From Candidatus Hodarchaeota archaeon (GTDB lineage Archaea > Asgardarchaeota > Heimdallarchaeia > Hodarchaeales > Hodarchaeaceae), in NCBI GenBank assembly GCA_016840035.1, contig JAEOTC010000055.1, positions 1 to 42,251 on the forward strand: a stretch of DNA of 42,251 nucleotides. The letters are read 5' to 3'. Each line of letters opens with the position of its first letter. The stretch's first letter is position 1. The position numbers and the translations under genes were made by a program. This document shows positions 18,827-26,616 of this stretch, one piece after another. Under the pieces are notes generated by a model that did not search any database, had not been told where the DNA came from, and was given only the letters and a program-made list of their open reading frames with translations.

Positions 18827-19022
18827 ATGGACTAATGAAACTATTTGATGAGTGAAATAGGAATGTTGACTGAGTTAAAAGTAACTAGAACTGAACAAAT
18901 AAGGTTAGTTGTAGTATTCTATTCCTAATTGGAAGTTGATTCTTCTCTGATAAAAGGGAAAAACTATCTATTTCTAGTCTCTAATTAGAACGATTACTCT
19001 AAAAATCTATATATGATTAGTG

Positions 19023-19343
19023 TTAATCCGTATTCTCAATTTGCATATGAATATGTGATTTACCAGCAGTAAGGGCTGAAATAACTTTCTTTCTCGCTTC
19101 TTGAAGAATTCGCCATAAAGATCCCCGTGAAATGTGCATTTGAGTAGCTGCCTGTTCTTGAGTTAATCCTTCTTTATCTACTAAACGGAGAGTCTCTAAC
19201 TCGACAGTTGTAAGCTTGAGGATCGTTTCACCAGTTGTTGAACTCCATTTACTGTCAACACGAGGTTGTATTCGTGGTCTTCCCCCTCTAAATCGACGTC
19301 CTCTTCCACCTCCTCTACCTCTACCTGGATAAGAATCTCTCAC
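19023..19343 (-). CDS. DUF134 (UPF0251) HTH protein with RG-rich N-terminus
   Basis: GRPR, then LTTVELETLRLVDKEGLTQEQAATQMHISRGSLWRILQEARKKVISAL. Confidence 0.9.
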   Translation of the reverse strand: MRDSYPGRGRGGGRGRRFRGGRPRIQPRVDSKWSSTTGETILKLTTVELETLRLVDKEGLTQEQAATQMHISRGSLWRILQEARKKVISALTAGKSHIHMQIENTD

Positions 19344-19388
19344 CTTTTATTTTCTCCGTATTATTGAATTAATTCAGCTACACTTTAT

Positions 19389-19408
19389 TAGAGAACGATT
19401 GCACAAAA
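19389..19408 (-). promoter_or_regulatory. Putative operator, degenerate copy upstream of the DUF134 gene
   Basis: Minus strand reads TTTTGTGCAATCGTTCTCTA; the first 11 nt are identical to the two copies at 19540 and 19571. Confidence 0.5.
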
Positions 19409-19539
19409 ATTTTTCTTCTGCTATTTTCTTCATTTTGTAAACTTAATTAAGTTTTCCCTCTCTATCACCGAATAGATTAAACCAAATCAGTGTTAATCTA
19501 AAATTTACACCTAGAACTTACCTGAAGTCGCGAGTTAAT

Positions 19540-19590
19540 TTTTGTGCAATAGCACAAAATATTTAAATTGTTTTGTGCAATAGCTCATTG
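19540..19590 (+). promoter_or_regulatory. Two palindromic operator copies flanking a TATA box upstream of the DUF5320 gene
   Basis: TTTTGTGCAATAGCACAAAA (19540-19559), TATTTAAAT (19560-19568), TTTTGTGCAATAGCTCATTG (19571-19590). Confidence 0.7.
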
Positions 19591-19599
19591 GTGATAAAA

Positions 19600-19938
19600 A
19601 TGCCAAAAGGAGATAGGACAGGTCCTTGGGGACAAGGATCTCGTACAGGTCGGGGTTTGGGATTTTGTTCAGGTCATTCTTCACCTGGATATACACACGG
19701 ATTTGGAATGGGTCGTGGCCGTGGATTTGGAAGAGGATATGGATGGGGACGAGGAAGAGGAAGATTTCAAGGATGGCCAATAGCTGCTTCAGATCCACGT
19801 TTAGTTGTTCCTCCAGTCATCAACCAAATTAAACCTGAAGATGAAATCCAGTATCTTGAAGAATCTATGAATATCTTGCGAAAAGAAATTGAAAATATTG
19901 AAAAAAGACTAGAGATTTTATCAAAGAAAGATGAATAA
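19600..19938 (+). CDS. DUF5320 family protein (Gly/Arg-rich, C-terminal coiled coil)
   Basis: MPKGDRTGPWGQGSRTGRGLGFCSG signature, GRGRGFGRG tract, coiled coil EIQYLEE...IEKRLEIL. GGTGA RBS supports ATG 19600. Confidence 0.9.
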   Translation: MPKGDRTGPWGQGSRTGRGLGFCSGHSSPGYTHGFGMGRGRGFGRGYGWGRGRGRFQGWPIAASDPRLVVPPVINQIKPEDEIQYLEESMNILRKEIENIEKRLEILSKKDE

Positions 19939-20051
19939 CTATCTATCTTTAATAGAGCTCTGCTTTTTCTACACAATTAATTCTTATTTATTGTCCTGAA
20001 GACCAAAGAACATACTCAAAGAAAGAAGGAACATTCGGTAGGGCGTAAAAT

Positions 20052-20597
20052 ATGAATCAGAAAAAATATGGACCAACATGGGCATTTAGAATGATGTCTT
20101 TGATTCACGATAATCCTATTCGGAGAAGATTTTCAAATCCCTATAAAAGATTGCAAGATGCAGGAATTTTAGAAGGTAAAACAGTTCTTGAAATAGGATG
20201 TGGCCCAGGTTTCTTCACAATTCCTTGTTCCAAAATGGTAGGTTCCGATGGTCTAGTGTATGCTTTGGATATTCATCCATTAGCGATCAAACGGGTAAAG
20301 AGAAAAATAAAAGAGAATTCATTAAATAATATTACTCTTATTGAAGCTAATGCTTCTGATACAGGTCTTCCTGACCAGAGTATTGACTTAGCATTTTTTT
20401 TCGGAGTTCCAAGATTATTACGAAATGAAACGTTATTTAAAACTGTTTTATTAGAATTACAACGGGTTTTACGTCATAAAGGTATAATATCAATAAAATC
20501 TTCGAAAAAAAGCCTAATCAATCTTCTTAAACAGTATTCTTTCAGTTTCGTTAAAGAAAGAAAAGGAATTCTAATTTTCAGTAAATCCTCGAAATAA
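20052..20597 (+). CDS. Class I SAM-dependent methyltransferase
   Basis: VLEIGCGPGFFT, VYALDIHP, TGLPDQSIDL, ELQRVLRHKG. Confidence 0.9.
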   Translation: MNQKKYGPTWAFRMMSLIHDNPIRRRFSNPYKRLQDAGILEGKTVLEIGCGPGFFTIPCSKMVGSDGLVYALDIHPLAIKRVKRKIKENSLNNITLIEANASDTGLPDQSIDLAFFFGVPRLLRNETLFKTVLLELQRVLRHKGIISIKSSKKSLINLLKQYSFSFVKERKGILIFSKSSK

Positions 20598-20669
20598 CTT
20601 CGGGAAATCGGTAGGTAAACCTACAATTTTATATACTGGTATTTGAGGCGAGAAGATAAGTGTATAAAG

Positions 20670-21077
20670 ATGCCTCGTCCAAGAAGTTCTCGAATCATCA
20701 AATGTGATCCAGTCCATCCGTATTTTAAACCTCGTGGTATACCTTTAAAGGATTTAGCAGGAGAAGTAGAGTTAACGTTAGAAGAACTTGAAACAATCAG
20801 ATTATATAATATGGAAGGACTTTCGCAAACCAAGGTGGGAGAAAATATGGGAATATCTCAAACTTCTGTCTCAAGGCACTTAAGTGAAGCACATAAGAAG
20901 CTAGCAACTGCCCTTGTACTTGGATTTGCGATTCGAATTAAACATCCTGTTGATATTTATCATTGTGAATCGTGTGGACATACTTGGAAGTATTTAGAGC
21001 AAGTAACACCTGAATCATCGTGCGAAAAGTGTAATTCTGAGAAAATTCATACTCATTTACACACATCTAAGAATTAA
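20670..21077 (+). CDS. DUF134 (UPF0251) HTH protein with C-terminal zinc ribbon
   Basis: MPRPR...YFKPRGIPL...LTLEELETIRL...MGISQTSVSRHLSEAHKKLATAL, then CESCGHTW...CEKCNS. Confidence 0.92.
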   Translation: MPRPRSSRIIKCDPVHPYFKPRGIPLKDLAGEVELTLEELETIRLYNMEGLSQTKVGENMGISQTSVSRHLSEAHKKLATALVLGFAIRIKHPVDIYHCESCGHTWKYLEQVTPESSCEKCNSEKIHTHLHTSKN

Positions 21078-21166
21078 TTAATTCCCCTTGTTTTTTCTCT
21101 TATGCCTTTTATTTCAACTCTCTTAATTTCCCTCATTAAAAATAAAATCACCGAGTCGATACATAA

Positions 21167-21376
21167 TTGAAAAACCTTTATCGCATCGCAATTGGTGCAT
21201 TCATGTTACTTATGGGAGTAATTTTCTTTATCGTCAATTTTCTTATTAGAGAAGGAGAATCTAGTGGAACAGCAGGGTCAGATGGACCTTATATAATCCT
21301 GATGATCATTATAGCGAGTCTTGTAGTAGTAATTGTCCCAAGTATCTTTATTCTGATACGATTAGTAAGACGCTAG
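21167..21376 (+). CDS. Small two-TM membrane protein
   Basis: 69 aa; two hydrophobic helices joined by a G/S-rich loop. TTG start. Confidence 0.5.
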   Translation: MKNLYRIAIGAFMLLMGVIFFIVNFLIREGESSGTAGSDGPYIILMIIIASLVVVIVPSIFILIRLVRR

Positions 21377-21551
21377 ACGAATCTAATCCTTTTTCTGTCA
21401 AAATTACTCTATCTGAATGTAAAACTATCCTGAATTCTCTCTCTTATCGAAATTTCGATTAATCAAAATTCTTATATAGAGAGGAAATTAGACAGGAAGA
21501 AACTCGTAACGGTTTTTTTGTGAAATAAACTCACTTGAGGGGTTACCTATA

Positions 21552-24026
21552 ATGAAGTACCTAAGGATTTGTAGAATCGATAAAATTATTTTGATAATTA
21601 GTGTTTTTCAGATATTTCTATTTTGTGTACAGTTTCCACCATCATCATTCATTACAATATCTTCTAGCAACCCATCTGAACAGCCCGATAGCATAAATGC
21701 ACCTGTAGAATGGACAATTATGATATATATGGCTGCTGATAATAATTTGGAAACAGCTGGGGTTGAAGATTTAGTTGAATTGAGGGTCGCTAATATCGAT
21801 AATACCAGCATATCTGTTGTTATAGAGTTTGATGGATGGGAATCTTGTGGCCCACAACCAGAGGATAATGCAATATATGCTGGATCAACCCGTTATTATG
21901 TACCTGGTAATAACCAACCGTTACAAGTACTAAACTCATCTGAAAAGAATATGGGTGATCCTAATAATCTAAGAGACTTTATTGATTTTTCAACAACAAA
22001 TTATCCAGCAAACTATTACTGTTTAATCTTGTGGAATCATGGCCTTGCTTGGGAAACTGGTGAAACTAGTTGGCAGGATTTTCTAGCAGCTCCCTCATCT
22101 CGATCGGAGTATACAGATCAACTCAATTCGAATAATTTGGGCAGAAAGAACATTTGCTGGGATGATAGATCTTTTGGCGATTCATTGTCTGATGCTGAAC
22201 TTCGTACAGCTTTACAAGGTTATTATTTTGATATTATTGCCTTTGATGCTTGCCTTATGGGATGTATAGAAACTGCTTATGGTATTAAAGACCATGCAGC
22301 ATATATGGTCTCTTCTGAAGAATCTATTGGTTTAAGTGGATTCTATTACACAGGAATATTGGAAACCTTACAAAGTGCAATGAACCTCGTACAGGATACT
22401 TCCCCAGCAGCATTCGGGACAATTATTGCTCAGGAATCATATAACAGACAATATTCAACCGGTGAAATTGGAGAAATGTGCGAGATCGCTGTAATAAATC
22501 TAACACAGATCTCGCAGGTGATTACACAGATAGAAAATCTTGTTCCTTATGTCACTGGAATGAGTTACTATGAGCGTCAAACTCTTTGTTCAAATACAGA
22601 ATCAATTGCGGAATTTGATATGCCTGAGCAGATTGATTTAACAGCATTAGCTAATCTAATTGTTGGAATAGATGCTTCTGCTAGTACAGTGGTAAATAAT
22701 TTAATTTCTGCCATAAATAATATAGTAGTTTGGGAGAATCACATTGTAGAATATTGGTCTTCTTCTACTGGTTTAACAATTTTTTTTCCGTGGAGAGAAG
22801 GCTTATCAGTATCAAATTACGTACAAGTTACCCGATTTGGGGCTGAGACAACATGGCCACAGGTAGTAAGCTCGATTAGTAGTTCTGTTGTACCTTTCGA
22901 TCAAATTGACCTCAGTGATCTATCTCCTACTAAACCAACAGCATCGGGATATTTATATGAGGGAGATTCATATTTTTATTGGGTTTGGTTATACCGAAAT
23001 GAACAGGTCTCTTTTAGGTTAACTGCAGACGGGGGAACAGATTTTGATTTATACTGTTACGATATCGACCTTGAACTCGTTGCAGAGTCAATTGAAACAA
23101 CCTATCCAGAACTTGTCTCCATAGGAAGCAATGAAGGGACTTGGGCTATTCTAGAAGTGTATTCTTATGCTGGTGCTGGATCTTACGATTTAACCAGTAC
23201 GTTTACAAGTTCAGCTGCAGAACTAGATGTTTTAGGGTGCATAGGGATGTTTCCTTTATATTCTGCAGATGGAATTAATGAAATGAGGGCGGTATTGTTT
23301 TTCGATTGTCCCGCTCAAACAGTTACATTCACACTTTCCGTATTAGGTGGGTCAATTCCCTTTGAATTGCAATGGGATCAAACCTTTATCCGTGGATATC
23401 AGAAAGCGATAATTTCCATCCCCTGTGATTACCTTTATCACTTCATGTCTGGTGAAGACACATCCTATCCTTATTCAAAAAGTTACTGGGACTGCTTTGG
23501 ATACCTAAGTGTCTCAGCTAGTAATGGAGGGTCATTTACCTATACGGATCCAATTCATTTAGCTTACCTAGTAAAACTAGAGGATTTAGACCCAAATTTA
23601 GATCAATTGGTGGATCCTATGGAATCTTATCCTTTGATTTTAGTTGATCCAATTGGAGGGGATCCAAGAATCGAAACAACAACAACCGAACCTCCTGATA
23701 TATCTCCTACTTCACATGGAAATCCTAATTCGTTTGATCCTAATTTCCTCAATGACCTTATTCCCGTCTTTTATGGCGTTGGGGGATTAGTAACTATAGG
23801 ATTAGTAGTGTGGAGAAAATTATCCCTCCGAAAAGCAGCAAGTAAAAACCTAGGCACTTCTCAGACCAGATTTCAGTATCAACCGCCTCGAGCTACACCT
23901 CAACCAAGAGTTAAAGTACCTCAAGCACCATTTATCTTCTGTGGAAATTGTGGGAATATGGCATTACGAACAGGGGATAATGTATATACCTGTACTAAAT
24001 GTGGAAAACAATATCGTTTCGTTTAA
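21552..24026 (+). CDS. Membrane-anchored clostripain-family (C11) cysteine peptidase with PPC-like domain and C-terminal zinc ribbon
   Basis: Signal/TM segment, WTIMIYMAADNNLE, NMGDP, catalytic His in LWNHG, catalytic Cys in FDACLMG, SSEE, PPC-like DFDLY, P/T linker, TM helix, CGNC...CTKC. Confidence 0.9.
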   Translation: MKYLRICRIDKIILIISVFQIFLFCVQFPPSSFITISSSNPSEQPDSINAPVEWTIMIYMAADNNLETAGVEDLVELRVANIDNTSISVVIEFDGWESCGPQPEDNAIYAGSTRYYVPGNNQPLQVLNSSEKNMGDPNNLRDFIDFSTTNYPANYYCLILWNHGLAWETGETSWQDFLAAPSSRSEYTDQLNSNNLGRKNICWDDRSFGDSLSDAELRTALQGYYFDIIAFDACLMGCIETAYGIKDHAAYMVSSEESIGLSGFYYTGILETLQSAMNLVQDTSPAAFGTIIAQESYNRQYSTGEIGEMCEIAVINLTQISQVITQIENLVPYVTGMSYYERQTLCSNTESIAEFDMPEQIDLTALANLIVGIDASASTVVNNLISAINNIVVWENHIVEYWSSSTGLTIFFPWREGLSVSNYVQVTRFGAETTWPQVVSSISSSVVPFDQIDLSDLSPTKPTASGYLYEGDSYFYWVWLYRNEQVSFRLTADGGTDFDLYCYDIDLELVAESIETTYPELVSIGSNEGTWAILEVYSYAGAGSYDLTSTFTSSAAELDVLGCIGMFPLYSADGINEMRAVLFFDCPAQTVTFTLSVLGGSIPFELQWDQTFIRGYQKAIISIPCDYLYHFMSGEDTSYPYSKSYWDCFGYLSVSASNGGSFTYTDPIHLAYLVKLEDLDPNLDQLVDPMESYPLILVDPIGGDPRIETTTTEPPDISPTSHGNPNSFDPNFLNDLIPVFYGVGGLVTIGLVVWRKLSLRKAASKNLGTSQTRFQYQPPRATPQPRVKVPQAPFIFCGNCGNMALRTGDNVYTCTKCGKQYRFV

Positions 24027-24075
24027 TAGAATAATATCTCCTAAGAAGGATTATTAGACAATTTGGTGAATAACT

Positions 24076-24432
24076 ATGGGTAGAACAAACCAAAGAGTAA
24101 GAAGAACTGGCCGGAATGTACCTACAGAAGAATACTGGGTATCAGATAAAAGTCGATTACTAATGCTAATTCTTTGTATATGTTTAGGATGGTTTGGAGT
24201 TCACTGGTTTTATGTAGGACGGAAAATAGAGGGAGGAATAACCTTAGTATTGTCCGTGTTTCTATTAATATCAATATTAGGAGGATCCGACGTATATTAT
24301 TCAATGATAGATTCAATGCCATGGGTTAGAATAATCTTTATGGTTATTATTCTTGCTTGGATAATTGGAATAGTGGGAATCTTAAGTGCATGGTTTACTG
24401 ATAATGAGGATGCATTAATTTATAACTGGTAA
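24076..24432 (+). CDS. TM2 domain membrane protein
   Basis: SDKSRLLMLILCICLGWFGVHWFYVGR matches the TM2 consensus. GGTGA RBS. Confidence 0.85.
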   Translation: MGRTNQRVRRTGRNVPTEEYWVSDKSRLLMLILCICLGWFGVHWFYVGRKIEGGITLVLSVFLLISILGGSDVYYSMIDSMPWVRIIFMVIILAWIIGIVGILSAWFTDNEDALIYNW

Positions 24433-24459
24433 AAATTTGGGGATTCCAGACTATTGTCT

Positions 24460-24480
24460 AAAAAAAAAAGAAAAGAAAGA
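24460..24480 (-). terminator. Oligo-T terminator after the aconitase gene
   Basis: Minus strand reads TCTTTCTTTTCTTTTTTTTTT about 20 nt after the stop codon. Confidence 0.6.
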
Positions 24481-24499
24481 GCTATACTCGCTCGTATGA

Positions 24500-26431
24500 T
24501 TACGAGGCACTAACAGTATAACTTAGTTTTCCACCAGCAAGGAGTATTTCTCGCTCTCGTTCAGAGAAATCATAAGAAGTCTGAACGTCAAAATTCTGTG
24601 TTCGATTATGAACAATGATAGGTTGATTCTCCTTTAAGGCAGTTCTTGCTCCTTTAATTTCCAGAACATCCCCATCATTTATTCGATCATAATCAGCATT
24701 ATCCTTGAACGTTAAAGGCAAGATTCCAAAGTTCACAAGATTATCTCGATGGATTCGAGCAAAAGATTTGGTAAGTACTGTTTTTATACCAAGATACATT
24801 GGAGCTAAAGCTGCATGTTCGCGACTAGAACCCTGTCCGTAATTTTCACCACCAATGATAATACCTCCGCCTTCTTCTTTGCTTTTGAGTGCACGTTCAG
24901 GGAAAGTAGCATCTACTTGTTCAAACACATGCTTACTGATTTCTGGGAGATTAGATCGAAGAGGAAGGATTTTCGAACCTGCAGGCATGATATGATCTGT
25001 CGTTACGTCATCTTCTGCTTTGATTAACACTTTGAATTCAAAATTATCTTGGAGGGGTTGAAATTCAGGTAAAGGAGCAATATTTGGCCCACGGATAATT
25101 GCCACCTCTCCTGGTGTTTCAGAGGGAGGTAGAATCATCGAATCGTCAATTTCAATCTCTTTTGGAATTTCGATCTTAGGATACTCACCTAATTTTTTAG
25201 GATCGGTAAATTCCCCAAAAATTGCTGCAGCAACAGCTACTTCAGGACTAACCAAGTATGCGTTAGCACTCTTTGTCCCAGTACGGCCAAAGAAATTACG
25301 ATTAAATGTTCGAACAGCCACTGCATCAGTCTTTGGTGCAAAACCCATTCCAATACACGGTCCACAAGCACTCTCCAAAATTCGTGCTCCTGCGGTGATC
25401 GCATCAGCTAGTGTCCCATTTTTAGCAAGCTCCATCAGGACCTGTCGTGATCCAGGTGAAATTCCTAAAACCGTGTCAGAATGAATCTTTCGTCCTTTTA
25501 ACAACGCAGATACAGTTAACATATCTTTGAGAGAACTATTCGTGCAGGATCCGATAGCAACTTGATCCACTTTCATTCCATAGAGTTCGGATAAAGGAAC
25601 GACCTTCCCTGGTGAATGGGGTTTAGCTACAAGTGGTTCTAATTCGGAAAGATTAATTTCAATGATCTCATCATAATCTCCATCTTCTCCAGCTGGAAGT
25701 TCAACCCAATCTTTTTCACGATTTTGCCATTTCAAGAAGTCTTTAGTTATTTCATCAGATGGAAATATTGAGGTAGTTGCCCCTGTTTCTGCTCCCATAT
25801 TAGTAATAGTAGCTCTTTCTGGAACAGAGAGAGTTTTTATTCCTGGACCATAATATTCCAGGATCTTACCCACTCCACCTTTGACATTTATCCGGCGGAG
25901 TACCTCAAGGATTACATCTTTTGCTGCAACATAGTCAGGTAGTGAACCTGTAAGTTTCACTCCAACAATTTTTGGAGTTTTCAGGTAGAACGGCCCCCCA
26001 CCCATTGCAACAGCAACATCTAATCCACCTGCACCGATTGCAATTGATCCCATTCCTCCAGCTGTTGGAGTATGAGAGTCAGACCCGATTAATGTCTTAG
26101 AGGGGGTAGCAAATCGTTCCAGAAAGACTTGGTGACATATTCCATTTCCTGGTCTTGAAAACTGTATACCATACTTCGCAGCAACCGATTGTAGATATCG
26201 ATGGTCATCAGGATTTTTGAAATCAGATTGAGTTGTATTATGATCTACGATAGAAACGGATAATTCCGTTTTAACCTTATCAAGTCCCATAGCCTCGAAT
26301 TGAAGATAGGCCATGGTGCCCGTTGCATCTTGTGTCAGGGTATGATCAATACGAATACCGATCTCTTCTCCAACTTCATACTTCCCTTCCACAAGATGAT
26401 CTTGTAGAATTTTTTTAGCAATGGAAACCAT
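24500..26431 (-). CDS. acnA: Aconitate hydratase (single-chain, about 640 aa, Aquifex/clostridial type)
   Basis: TQDATGTMA, DHN, GICHQ, GSDSHT, [4Fe-4S] ligands IGSCTNS and SACGPCIGMG, NRNF, TTDHI, NYGQGSSREHAA. Confidence 0.92.
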   Translation of the reverse strand: MVSIAKKILQDHLVEGKYEVGEEIGIRIDHTLTQDATGTMAYLQFEAMGLDKVKTELSVSIVDHNTTQSDFKNPDDHRYLQSVAAKYGIQFSRPGNGICHQVFLERFATPSKTLIGSDSHTPTAGGMGSIAIGAGGLDVAVAMGGGPFYLKTPKIVGVKLTGSLPDYVAAKDVILEVLRRINVKGGVGKILEYYGPGIKTLSVPERATITNMGAETGATTSIFPSDEITKDFLKWQNREKDWVELPAGEDGDYDEIIEINLSELEPLVAKPHSPGKVVPLSELYGMKVDQVAIGSCTNSSLKDMLTVSALLKGRKIHSDTVLGISPGSRQVLMELAKNGTLADAITAGARILESACGPCIGMGFAPKTDAVAVRTFNRNFFGRTGTKSANAYLVSPEVAVAAAIFGEFTDPKKLGEYPKIEIPKEIEIDDSMILPPSETPGEVAIIRGPNIAPLPEFQPLQDNFEFKVLIKAEDDVTTDHIMPAGSKILPLRSNLPEISKHVFEQVDATFPERALKSKEEGGGIIIGGENYGQGSSREHAALAPMYLGIKTVLTKSFARIHRDNLVNFGILPLTFKDNADYDRINDGDVLEIKGARTALKENQPIIVHNRTQNFDVQTSYDFSEREREILLAGGKLSYTVSAS

Positions 26432-26576
26432 TTTTAGAATCCCTTAATTTAAATTTATGAAATCAATAATTAATAGATTTGTTAAATTGTGATAAACGAG
26501 AAAAGACCCTAGTTCCAATTTTATTAATTTTTTCCCGACTAGTTACAGAATAGAGGCTAAAAAGTAACTAAAAATT

Positions 26577-26591
26577 GGAAAAAAGAAAAAA
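26577..26591 (-). terminator. Oligo-T tract after hdrA-mvhD
   Basis: Minus strand reads TTTTTTCTTTTTTCC about 25 nt after the stop codon. Confidence 0.5.
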
Positions 26592-26616
26592 CCGAAGGAT
26601 TGGATATTGCCTCTCT

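Noticed and set aside
19535-19976. Alternative ORFs overlapping the DUF5320 gene (19535-19798 minus, 19626-19832 plus, 19767-19976 minus)
   Set aside because: They are shadow frames of a well-supported gene and have no recognisable motifs.
24500-26431. Isopropylmalate isomerase or homoaconitase assignment
   Set aside because: The single-chain 643-aa form with QDATGTMA, together with the IDH and ACL context, fits aconitase; archaeal LeuCD/HacAB are split into two subunits.
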